64,000 nucleotides of DNA from Malacoraja senta (Eukaryota), in NCBI GenBank assembly GCA_038087875.1, contig CM075988.1:7628001-7692000 (forward strand), read 5' to 3'. Positions 48,136-60,256 of this stretch are shown here, one piece after another (position 1 is the stretch's first letter; each line of letters opens with the position of its first letter). A program made the translations under genes and the position numbers. The notes beneath the pieces were generated by a model that was not told the origin of the DNA, made no database searches, and saw only the letters and a program-made list of their open reading frames with translations.

Positions 48136-50094
48136 GTAAGACAACCCATGGGGATGGTGGAGTGCTCGGAGCATTGGAAGTACCTCCAAAGTTACCCCTT
48201 CCTCAAATACGAATCAATGACAAGATTCAATAGTGTGAATTCAATGGTCTGAAGAAGGCTCTCGTCCCGATACATCACCTATTCCTTTTCTCCAGAGATG
48301 CTGCCTAACCCGTTGAGCCACTCCAGCTTTTTGTGTCTATCAGAAATTCCTAACAATGTGATGTACCGATACTGGTTTGCATTTCTAACTTGAGGAGCAA
48401 ATGCCGTTATGTCAGGTAAGGATCGGCCATGTTGGAGGAGTGCCTTGTCAAATTGCCGCAGGGTGAGGAAGTGGAGAATGGGAACAGGATAAATCAGTCA
48501 GAATGGACTTTTGTTTTGAAAGCTATTCAATAGGATGAGAAGATGAAAATAAAATGGCTTTGAGAGGTTGGAGATTTCAAGAAGTGAAGGTGAACTATTC
48601 AGCTACAATGGGACAGACTGGAGTGAAGTACACGCTAGATTACCACTTTTACCTTCAATTGTTAGGTATCAATTTATTAAAAAAAATAAAGAATATCTGT
48701 CACCAAAGTAATAAAATTACACATGGTACCAAGCTGAATAGTCAATGATTATAGATAGACACAAAATGCTGGAGTAACTCAGCGGGTCAGGCAGCATCCC
48801 TGGAGAAAATGGATAGGTTCCATTTTGGGTTGGAACCCTTCTTCAGACAGTTTCTGAAGCCGGGTTCAGCAGCAGTCTGGGATGGAGAATGGGATGGAGT
48901 GACAATGGCTAGGAAAATGTCTGTTCAAGTTAATCTAAACCGATTAAACTACTAAGTGATGTGCAAATTAAAATTAACTAGCACTTTGCTGTTCAATTTG
49001 CAAAATACAGTTCCATGCCAATAAATGGCATATAAATGCACATTTATTAAAAGTTCAGTATGTTCATATTATAATTTACTTCTTGCTTTATTTCACAATT
49101 TTCTCTACTGTCATTTAAATTATTAATTGAGCAATACAATGATTTTTTGAAGTATTTATATAAAATGTAATTGCATTTTGAGATAATAGTCATAAAGACA
49201 TTGTAGAAAAAGATTAAAACGTATAAAACTTTCTGATTTGATTTAAAGGGTTGATAGCAATGGTCCACTGAAATGTGGAAATCCTGAATAAATAAGGTGG
49301 ATATCAGTGTGTGTGGTGTATTTGGATTTTCAAAATGCCTCCACATAAGAGATCACTAAATTGTTCAAGTGCATGGGTATTGGTAATATATTAACCTGGA
49401 TTGAGAATTGATTCATGGGCAGAAAACAATTTGGGAGATGAAGCCTAATGGGATGCCAATTGAGTTAGCTCTCTATCCCATTGTCTAGCTTCATGATTTG
49501 GATCAGAGCACCAAACAGGGCGGCTGGACGGGTTCTTCATGTAGTCACTCACGTGACTCCGAAGTAAAATATCCCATTTTCACCTAGCCCACAGCTAACA
49601 ATGGCCTGTTTCCTTTATCATTGTTTATTATTTCCTTTATCATTTACATATCTTTCATTCATTTGTTCCATATCTCTCTATATCATCGTCTATATCTCTC
49701 GTTTCCCTTTCCCCTGACTCAGTCTGAAGAAGGGTTTGACCCGCTGAGTTACTCCAACATTTTGTGTCTGTCTTCGGTGTAAACTAGCATCTGCAGTTCG
49801 TTCTTACACATAATATGTCCCAGGTTCAAAAACTGGGGATCATTTTGGTTGTTGGGGTTTATGCTTCAGGTGAAATATGAGTTTGTTCACTTAGAAAGGG
49901 AAAAAATAAGAATTGTTTTTAAATGATGAGAAATGTGGGCGTCAGAGGACTTTGTGTACAAATTACGAAAAGTTAACTTACAGGTACAGCAAGCAATTAA
50001 GGTGGCAGCCAACATGTTGACCCTTATTGCAAGACAATTTTAGTACAAGAGTAAATATGTATTGTTACAGGGCCCTAGCGAGCAAGAACAAAAC

Positions 50095-50525
50095 CAAAAG
50101 GGTCCCGACCCTAAACGTCACCCGTTTCACTAAATGCTGCCTGACCTGCTGAGTTCTTCCAGCAGTTTTGTAGAAACAAGGAACTGCAGATGCTGGTTTA
50201 CAAAAACGGCTACAAAGTGTTGAAGTAACTCAATGGATAAGGCAGCATCTCCGAAGATAGACAAAATGCTGGGATAATTCAACGGGTTGGGCAGCATCTC
50301 TGTAGATAAAGAATGGGTGACGTTTCAGGTCAGAACACTTCTGGTCCGACCCAAAATGTCCGACCTATTCCTTTTCTCCAGAGACGCTGCCCGATCCGCT
50401 GAGATACTCTAGCATTTTGTGTCTACGGTATAAACCGGCATCTGCAGTTCCTTCCTACACATTTCGACATCTCCAGAGATGCTGCCTGACCCGCTGAATT
50501 ACTCCAGCGCTTTGTGTCTTTTCAT
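50095..50525. repeat. Stack of PLE terminal-repeat fragments in alternating orientation
   Basis: At least five partial units of the GATGCTGCCTGACCCGCTGAGTTACTCCAGC repeat. Confidence 0.7.
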
Positions 50526-53500
50526 CCAGCAGTTTGTTTGTTTGCTGTCTCTTGTGTCTCCAAAACATTTCTTCACCTCGAGAGAAGAGGATCTTGGCAT
50601 TTACCACCTGAGAGGAGAGTGGATCAAGGTTGAGATTGAAAGACATTTGGACAGTGAGGGGATCAATGGACATGGAGGTGGTGCAAGAAAGCAGTGGAAT
50701 ATCTTAATTAAACATGGACGAGGAATGAGAGACTTCTCTTGTTATTTCTTATGTTCTTAGTTAGTGAAGTCATTCCAACACGCCCAAACCACCCACAAAC
50801 ATCAGTTAAATGCATGTTTACGATATCTGAAAATAACTTGAAACAAGAAAGGTTTTAGAAAAATGATTCAGATTTGTATTTATGTGTGTGTAAATTATTT
50901 GTTCCACATCTGGTCCATTTGGGCAGGCTCCAATTATTACACATGTCTAATTCTTAACATTTGCGTTGAATCATTGACATTTTCCGCTCATTTTACAGCT
51001 GCAGCAGGTTGCTCTCCAGATGTAATTTGGAATGTGTTTAATTATACCCAGCCGCAGGGATATAAGAATGTAAGGAGGAGAAGTCGGATTAGACCACATG
51101 GCAACACATGATAGAACCTTGAGCAAAGAACAATGTGTTGGAGGAACTCAGCAGGTCAGGCAGTATCTGTGGAGGGAATGGAGGGACAACATTTCAGGTC
51201 AGGACCCTTCTTCAGACTGTGTAGAGTAGGGGGGGGGGGGGAGAAAGCTGGAAAGGAGAGGTGGAGGTGGGACAAAGCTTGGCAAGTGATAGGTGGATAC
51301 AGGTGAGGGGGTGATTGGACGATGGATGGAATAAGTGACAATGGCTTGGGGTGAGAAGGAGTCAGATAAGGAGAGAAGAATAGGAGTGAAATGTGAAGTT
51401 GAAGGGAAGGATATGGGCAACAACTGTGGAGGGGATTTATGCTGCCTGACTTGCTGAATTCTTCCAGCAGTTGTTTTTTTGCTTAGGATTTCTGCATAAG
51501 GGACAGCACCTGAGGTCAGGATTGAACGTGGGTCCCTGGCAATGTAAGGCAGCAACGCTACCATTGCGCCATCATGCCGCCCCATTCTCGAACCTATACA
51601 AATTTGGAAATGACAACACTTTTCCCTGCAAAACCTTGCGATGCAGCTTACCAATGCCTGGCTATTTTTCATCTTCCTGCCTATTAATTTCTCCAATACT
51701 GTTTTTTTTACTAAAGCTGATTTCTTTATGTTCCTTTTCCATTGTAAACCAGAACTTCCCGTTGGTTTCTGAAAGTATTCTGCATCTCCTTCTGTGAAGA
51801 GTGTGTTTTTTAAAAACTCTGCCCTTTCCTTATTCCTTAGTAAATTTTCCTGTCTTAGCTGAAAGGGACTCATATTAACGTTTGTGCAGGAAGGAACGGC
51901 AGATGCTGGTTTACACCAAAGATAGACACAAAATGCTGGAGTAACTCACCGGGACAGGCAGCATCTCTGGTGAGATGGAATGGCTGCCTGTCCCACTGAG
52001 TTACTCCAGCATTTTACGTCTATCTTTTCACACGAACGTTTGGTGATCTTTTTACTCTGTGAAGAAGTTTTCACAGTGTGAATGCTAAGTATCTTCTTCA
52101 CTACACAGTCATTATTGTGAGGACCACAGTTAATCTATTTTGGTGCGTAATCTGATTTATTAAACATAATTGCTGACAGTTTGGGGTGAGGGATGACTGA
52201 ATGCCATTATTGTCTGGGTGACAAGATGCAGAGTTGTTTGCGTAAAAGAATGCCCATGTGCTTTATTTAATTAGGCAAAAGTGTAAATATCATCCATTCC
52301 AGTTCATCTATAGAAAGCAATTTGCATTGTCACATGGCATTTTTGCTGAAGGTTGTGGTTAGTTTCATATTGTGCAGATAATTGACTGTAGCTGCGTAGG
52401 AATGCACTGTTTTTGTGCCGCATTAGTTAATTTGTTCATTTGCTTCGAAATGTAATGCATTTTTGTCATGGCAACCATAATTTCATTATATTCAGAATAC
52501 CAGAAGGGTTAGCATGTGAGTGGTTGTAATGCTTAATTGCTGCACTGGCTGGAGATGTATAAACTATACACCACCCAAGACAAAAAGGCTACTAATTGAC
52601 TCCCCGAACTCCACCCTAAGTATTTTAACCCAACGCTATCACTCTATGATCGCGCAGCCTATCTAAGAGGAACCGGAGCAAGGTTTATTAGTCAAATCTC
52701 TGACCTTAATCCTTGCCTTAGCGTGGTCCGAAGGAGACTGGGAAACTCTATCATCCACAAACCTACCTTAAAGTGACATGTCATCCTGATTTAGAAATGT
52801 ATTGTCCTTTGCCATTACTGAGTCGACACCCTGGAATCAAACCATTGGTTCACCCTTCACCAAATGCACTGCAACAGTTCAGGCAGGCAGATTACTACCA
52901 CCTTCTTGAGGGCAATTGGAGAAGGGCCAGAAATGCAAAAACATTGGGGGCAATCTCCACATCCTGGATTTAATATCAAAAGTGGATGTGCAGTCCGATC
53001 AGTAAGAGTCAGACACAAAAAGCTGGAGCAACTCAACGGGACAGGCAGCATCTCTGGAGTGAAGGAATGGGTAATGTTTTGGTTCGAGACCCTTCTTCAG
53101 ACAGTTGTTTTCAGCGCTGATTGATCCTGTTCTTTTCTCGCCTCCAGCTCTTCAACCCCTTTCCTCCCACCTCCCACTGAAGAAATGCCCCGATCAGAAA
53201 CGTCACCTATTTTTTTCCTCCGGAGATACTGTCTGACCCGCGGAGTAAATCCAGCCCTTTGAGTCTATCTAGAGTTTGCAAAAGTCAGTTTGGTTTTCGG
53301 GTGTCTAATACTAATTCCATTATAGACTGGTTCAATGCCAAATGCAACCTTAACTTAATCATCTTATAACAAATGGTACCTTAACTTAACCAACCCTGTG
53401 ATTATACATTTAAATTTGTTAATACTATCTAAGGATTTTGGTTGAGCATAATTTCTTCCAAAGATGGGTAGAGACAGATTCATATCTGCTCTGTCAAAAG

Positions 53501-55033
53501 GAGCAAAAGTTTGCTTGGGCAACTTACGACCCAACGGTGTGAACGTTGATTTCTACGATTTCAAGTATCCCTTCCCCCCACACCCCCCCCTCCCCTCCTT
53601 CTATCCTCATCATCCTACCAGATCCACTGGTCACTTCCTCATACCCCTTCATTATCACCTCTTGCCCAGTCTTGACCCAAAACGTTACCCATTCTTTTTC
53701 TCCTGTGATACTGCCTGACATGCTGAGTTACTCCAGCACTTTATGTCTATTTTTCAAAAGGAAATTGGAGAGTCTGAGGAGAGAATAGCATGCGGGTCAG
53801 GGGAAAGGTTGAAGGATTGGGACTGATGCCCACCGATGGGTTCGTGTGCTATGACAGTATGATTTCACTCAATTCTTGGCTACTCTGGTACATGGTAATT
53901 ATAATAGATATCCTGACGAATGCCTTAATCAAATTATAAGTAATATTTATAATAATGTGCCAAATAGAGTTACAGAAGCAGAATTCACAATTAAAAATGC
54001 AGCTGCTTTGTACTGAGACAATTAGCGTATCTGAGGAGTGTGCTCAGATAGACAAAAGTCATCCTTTAAACTTTTATTAATTCTATTCAGCAAGATTACC
54101 ATCTACAATCTGCATCTGGCTCTTCCTTTATTTTTTTTTCAATGCTCTGCTTGAAGTATCAACATGTTGAAGGACAGTTGTTTCGCTATTTCATTCCATC
54201 AAATGTCAACAAATCTTTTTTGTTTAAAACAAACCTTTGCATGCTTAGTTGCAAGGTCAGTCTCCATGACGACGACCTTACAGTTATTTTCTTGGTTGTA
54301 TTTGCACACCGCTGCACTGGAGCAAAAAAGCTGGGAGAGGAAGGAGCCAGGTTTGGGGAGGTGGTTGAAAGAAAAAAGGGAACTCTGCCAAATCAGAAAT
54401 GTGGCTGAAAGGATTGGCATTAGTTAAAAGGTTATATGGAAAATGGGCCGGTGTGTGCAAATTGCATTTTCAGGCAATACAGGTGCAATGCCCTCTATTC
54501 AACAGCTTCCTTTAGATGCTTTAACATTGTACCACCCTAGAATGAAATCGGCAACAATCAACTGAAGGGCTTTTAACCTGTGGTCTTTTGTCATCTTCCA
54601 ACCAGAAAAGAAATGACCTATAGAACATCCCCAGACTGATGGAATCTCATTTTTCATCTCGTTTTCATGCTGTTGTGCTCTCATATCTATGGTAAAGGTC
54701 TCTCAGTTAGTTATTTGACAGTGTGTCATTTAAACCAGGGAACTTTGGGCTTTGTTTTTGCCCTATATTACTTATCAAACTTTTTCTTAGTTTATTTCAT
54801 TATTTATTGAGTACTGTGTTTACAAAGCTGTTGTGCTGTTGCTGTTGCAAGTAAGCATTTTATTGTTGCATTTCAGGGCATATGACCATAAAACACCCTT
54901 GACTCTTGAATTACTGTGATATTAAATCATTGCTTAGGCAATATGCAGTGTGTTTGGACTAATAGTGTGACGGATAGTTTATACTCCAGAAAGAGGAGGA
55001 GGATGAGGTGTATACATCATGAGAAGATAAGAT

Positions 55034-55306
55034 AGGGGCAGCACAGTGGTGCAGTGGTAGAGTTGCAAACCCGGGTTCGATCCTGACCATGGGTACTGTC
55101 TGTAGGAAGCCTGTGACCATGTGTGTTTCCTCCGGGACTCTGTTTTCTCCACATTCCAAAGACATGCCGGGTTGTAGGTTAATTGCTTTCTGTAAATTGT
55201 CCCTAGCGTGTAGGGTGGAAGGTTATAAACAGGTGATCATTGGTCGGCGCGGATTCGGTGGGTCGGAGGGCCTGTTTATACGCTGAATCTCTCAACTAAA
55301 CTAAAC
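55034..55306 (+). mobile_element. HE1-like V-SINE (internally deleted)
   Basis: A box, B box GGTTCGATCC, partial V-domain and tail. Confidence 0.75.
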
Positions 55307-55715
55307 AAAGGATAAGGTGAGTGCCATCTTTGACCCAGAGTAGGGTCATCAAGAATCAGAGGACATAGGTTTAAGGTGAAAGAGGAAAGATTTAATAGGA
55401 GCCTCAGGGGCAACTTTTTTACATATGGGTATATGGAATGAGTTGACAGAATAGGTAGTTGAGGCATATGTTAAACATTCAAAAGACATTTGGAAAGGTA
55501 TGTGGATAGGAAAGGTTTAGTGGGTTATGTACAATATGCGGGCAGTTGGGACTCGTGTAGATGGGACAACTTGGTCGGCGAGGGCAAGATGAGCCAAAGA
55601 CTATATGGTTCTCTGAGTGTCATAAGTGCTTAATTGTCATACGTACCGGCAATGGAACAATAACATTAATAGTTGCTGCAGCTTAATATAATAAAACACA
55701 AATAAATATTCAATG

Positions 55716-55920
55716 TTTAAGAAAGAACTGCAGATGCTGGAAAAATCGAAGGTAGACAAAAATGCTGGAGGAACTCAGCGGGTGAGGCAGCATCTATGGA
55801 GAGAAAAAATAGGCGACGGTTTGGGTCGAGACTCTTCTTCAGACTGAAGAAGGGTCTCGACCCGAAACATCGCCTATTCCTTCTCTCCATAGATGCTGCC
55901 TCACCCGCTGAGTTCCTCCA
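55716..55920. repeat. Fold-back PLE terminal-repeat derivative nested in a minus-strand Rex1 tail (about 55620-56180)
   Basis: Near-perfect palindrome centred on CTTCTTCAGACTGAAGAAG (55834-55852). Confidence 0.8.
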
Positions 55921-56310
55921 ATAAATATGCAATAATCAGTAATACAGTGAATTAATAATCAGTAATACTAGGTAACCAGACCATAAAAGTGCATAACCAA
56001 AGTGTGTAATGCAACCAAAACAAACTCCATTGTAGATGATAGTTACTGAGGTAGATGATAGTTACTGTAGAAGTTACTGAGGTGGGATTGCGGTCAGTCT
56101 TGTGCAGTGTTCAAGTGCCTAATGGTTGCTGGGAAGAAGCTGTTCTTGAACCCGGAGGTCACAGATTTCAGGCTTTATTAATTTGTAGTCAAACAACTTC
56201 TTTAAATGTGTTAAACATTCCAAGGGACACTTCCCAGAAATGATGTCAGACATCTCGCTGTTGACACTGGGCCACATAAGGAGATGTTAGGACCTGGAAA
56301 TATGCAACTG

Positions 56311-56593
56311 TAGTTTAAGAGATACAATGTGGAAACGGGCCCTTCAGCCCACTGAGTCTGCGCCGACCAGCGATCACCCGTAGACTAGGTTTATCCTATT
56401 CACAGGGGACAATTTACAGAAGCCAATTAACCTACAAACATGCATGTCTTTAGAATGTGGGAGGAAACCAGAGCACCCGGAGAGAACCCACGTGGTCACA
56501 GAGAACACATACAGACAGCACCCATAGTCAGGATTGAAGATGGGTCTCTGGAGCTGTAAGGCAGCATCTCTACCTTGTGCCACTGTACAGCCC
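56311..56593 (-). mobile_element. HE1-like V-SINE
   Basis: Reverse-complement copy of the V-SINE family. Confidence 0.8.
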
Positions 56594-56924
56594 AAACTGT
56601 AATAATAGTTTGTGAAGGAAAGACTGAGCACTTTATTTGAACGTTACCTAACTTATGTTTTACAGGGACTGCTGCTGCGTAAAGCTGTGAACTGCATCTC
56701 GGTCACCAGTCTGGAACTTCAAAGCGAGCTGCAGATACTGGGCTGCCAATCTTCGGTATGTGGTCACTTCTACTCCATCCACTTTCCCTTTCCCCTGTGC
56801 GTCTTGCCTTCCCCAGCTACTGTGCTGAGGATTTTCAAGTTTAATAACAGTGATAAATGGAGGCCCAAGAGGAGATTTGAAGCTTTAAACATTTTGGGTA
56901 GGGTTGTGGGAAGATTGGTGTTTG

Positions 56925-57280
56925 ATTGTCACCTTGTCGTGGTGGAGAAGCTTGTGTGGTCCTGAGATCCTGAGAGCGATGCCGTCTGGAGCTATGCTTT
57001 TGGTAGGGCCACCCATGGCGGTAAGGTCGAGGGGGAGGACTCTGACAAAGAGCAATCCAACCAAGACCTCAACGGTGGAACAGGTGGAAGATGATGGCTG
57101 ATCTTAGTGAAGCGTCACAACGGCTGGGAAGGCGGATGAAGGCTGCAGCAGAAAAGGGTCTCCGGTCATTTTGGACTCCATGCCACTGGATCCTGACCAG
57201 GATCTGTCAAGGACCGTGGGGTGACTGTCTGTGCACCAGTCTCCCCACATTAAACAAAGTCACGCACAGGCGTCCTCCAA
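56925..57280 (+). mobile_element. RTE-clade LINE 5' UTR-like fragment
   Basis: CACCTTGTCGTGGTGGAG...TGGTAGGGCCACCCATGGCGG...TCTGACAAAGAG resembles the 5' region of RTE elements (Expander/Rex3, BovB) from recall; no ORF follows. Confidence 0.55.
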
Positions 57281-57914
57281 TCCTGGAGTCACCCATGGTC
57301 AGCCATGACCGAGGGGGGCCTAAGAGCCGAAGAGGTGTTTGACCAACAGTTATGGTGAAGCAGGTATGAAGTAGTGCAGACTGCATGCATGGACCACTCT
57401 GCTGCACTTGGTAGGTGGTATAGACTTAGAACAAGAGTCAAGTCAAGAGTGTTAAAATTGTCCTATGTATCGAAAAGAGAACAATGGAATTGTTTACTTG
57501 CAGCTGCAGCATAACAGGTCTGTAAACACAGTACTCATAGATAATACAATTAACAAAAGAAAGTGCAATCAATTAAAAAAAACAATATTAGTGCAAATCA
57601 AAAGTCCAAAGTCCCTAGTGCAACCAAGCCACTTTGTAATTTAGTTGACGTCTGTGGTGTTCAAGACCACGATGGTTGTTGGGAAGAAGTTTTTGGTGAA
57701 TCTGGAGGTCATGTTTTTTAGATGTTAAATGCTGTTCTAGTAAGTTCCTTAGCTACCTCCTAAGGCAGCTTATATCCACTACATTCGGTGTGAGAATGTT
57801 TCCCCTCAGGTCCGTATTAAATCTTGCCCCTCTCACTTTAAACATACGTCCTCTCACTTTGATTCCCTTACCCCATCTGACTTACTTAGTAAGTAACATT
57901 TGTGCATTCACCCT

Positions 57915-58167
57915 ATTATTTAAAAAAAAAATCAAACTCTTGGTAATCACGTAGAATGTACGTAGCGGGTACATCGGAACTCAGCTCGTAACGCTAACGG
58001 CAGATACTCGGGAAACGCGGTAAGCTCGGGAAGACTCGTGAAGATTTTTCAACATGTTGAAAAATGTCCACAAGAGCCCCGAGTATCTACGAGCGGCTAT
58101 TAACGTAATTCTCCAAGTTCGAATCAGGGGAAACTCTTGAATTAGCTCGTACAGTGGGATAGCCCCA
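57915..58167. mobile_element. Truncated PIF/Harbinger-type MITE (right end)
   Basis: Ends CAGTGGGATAGCCCCA followed by TTA; body similar to 3814-4065 and 29830-30000. Confidence 0.6.
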
Positions 58168-59955
58168 TTACACACACACTCACACACACGTACACTCTTT
58201 CTCTCACACACTCACTCACACTTTCACACACTCTCACACACTCGCTCACACATTCTCACAAGCACACCTCTAGCATTAGTCTGACTAGGGTCAATTGAGT
58301 GTGTGCCACCAAGTGCACAAATAGTTAACCTGAGGCAGTGCGTTATATTTTATATGTTTTTTACAGAATTACGGGGAATAAAGCTAAGACAAAAGTTTCT
58401 TATAAATCTCTTTGCAGTACATAAATAACATCAATGTGCAATTTATTTTAAAGGAATTATTTTAAAATCATCCGTTACTGAGGTTTATCGAGTTTCATTG
58501 TGGGATCATGAAACAGTAAATCAATGTGTTCAGTGGGTTTTGGTCTCGGGAACATGGATCCTGTTGAAATGTATCTGAAGCACAGCAGGGACATCATGAG
58601 CAACATTCCGGTTATGATCCTTACTAAACTTCTGAAAACAGAATGCACCACGTTATGTTTGGTAGAATCCAACATAGTGCATTTCCGTTTATGCGCAATG
58701 TTATATTGGCTGAACATCTTTGGGATTCTGAGGAAAGGTCTCAACAGGAAATATCACCCATCCTTTTTCTCCAGAGATGCTGCCTGGAGTAACCGCTGAG
58801 TTACTCCAGCACTTTGTGTCTATCTTCGGTATAAACCAGCATCTGCAGTTCCGTTCTACACATCCTTGGGAGATTGCTCTTGCACAGTTTAGGGCTTGAT
58901 TTGCGCACTATTCCTAATGGACACCATTGCTCCATTCATGACCATTTAAACTCTGCCTCAAACTTTCCCATCCTTTCTCATTTTTTCTTCGACTGTGACT
59001 GTGTTTGAATCAAATCACCAGCTTTTTTTAAGAAAGTGGAATGGTTTGAGAATGGATTTTGGTTGAGGATTGAGCCAAGGTTCCTGCTCTTGCTCGCTGT
59101 CTGTCTGTCTGACGTCTCCTCTTGGAGGTATGCGTGACTTTAACGACAAGTGAGGCCATGTTTGCTCTGTTTCAAATCTTGTCCTTCACCCTCGTATTTC
59201 TTCATGTCATTATCCATGAATAGGTCACACATCAAAAATGATGACTCTAGTGAGCTGCTAGTGGCTGGGACATTTTAATTCACCAAGAGATCATGTGAGA
59301 GCTTCTTCACAGTCAGTTACAGCACGGAAACAGGCCTTTCGACCCACTGAGTCCATGCTGACCATTAAATCTGATTCATCTAATTAGATTTTACACAAAT
59401 CCTAATTAATCCCATGTTTTATTCTCTCCCCATATTCTTGGTACTTCTCTCCCTCTGATTCCGTGACATATTTGGGGGAATTTACAGTTGTCAATGTTTT
59501 GGGGATGTGGGAGGAAACTGGAGCTCCCCAGAGGGAACCCAGGCTGTCACTGGAAGAACATGCAAACTCCACATGGACAGCATCTGAGGTTAGAATTGAA
59601 CCTGGGATCCTGGTGATATGAGAGAGGCTCCAGTAGCTGCGGCTCAGCCTCTAATCTGGTGCAGACCTGGCTGATGTGCATCAACAAGTTTATTGTGCAT
59701 CAACAAGTTTAATGTTCATCAACAGCCAACAGCAAGGAACTGAGAAAACTGATGCAATGATGATATGGTTAACTTGGCTGTAAGAATATACTATACAAGA
59801 TCTCTGAAATGATCCTGAGATCAATGAGCCTTTGAAGAACTATTGAGGGTGGTCTTAGCTGCTTAGAATCATATTGTCCCAAAGAGCCAGAGTCACATAT
59901 TAGGCCCTTCGACTCACCTAATCTCCAGCGACCACCAAGCCTTCATTGACGTTAC

Positions 59956-60256
59956 CTTAGACTTTTAGACTTTAAAGATACAGCGTGGAAAAGGCCCTTC
60001 AGCCCACTGAGTCTGCGCCGACCAGCGATTATCCCGTAAATCCTAGCATTATCCTACACACTGAAGACAATTTACAATTTTACCAAAGCCAATTAACCTA
60101 CAACCTGTACATCTTTGGCGTGTGGAAGAAAACTGGAGCACCCTGAGAAATCTTACGTGGTCACAGAGAGATCGTACAAACTCCATACGCAGCACCTGTA
60201 TTCAGGAGCGAAGCACTGTCACGCAACGACTCTACCTCTGCGCCACTGTTCCGCCC
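59956..60256 (-). mobile_element. HE1-like V-SINE
   Basis: Reverse-complement copy with TTAGACT tail repeats. Confidence 0.8.

Noticed and set aside
52565..52770. Compositionally distinct stretch considered as a NUMT or viral fragment
   Set aside because: All six frames hit a stop within about 35 codons and I recognise no motif; unsupported without a database search.
59675..59725. 19-bp tandem repeat TGTGCATCAACAAGTTTAT (about 2.7 copies); similar short duplication near 40807-40855
   Set aside because: Ordinary local slippage duplications with no further structure.
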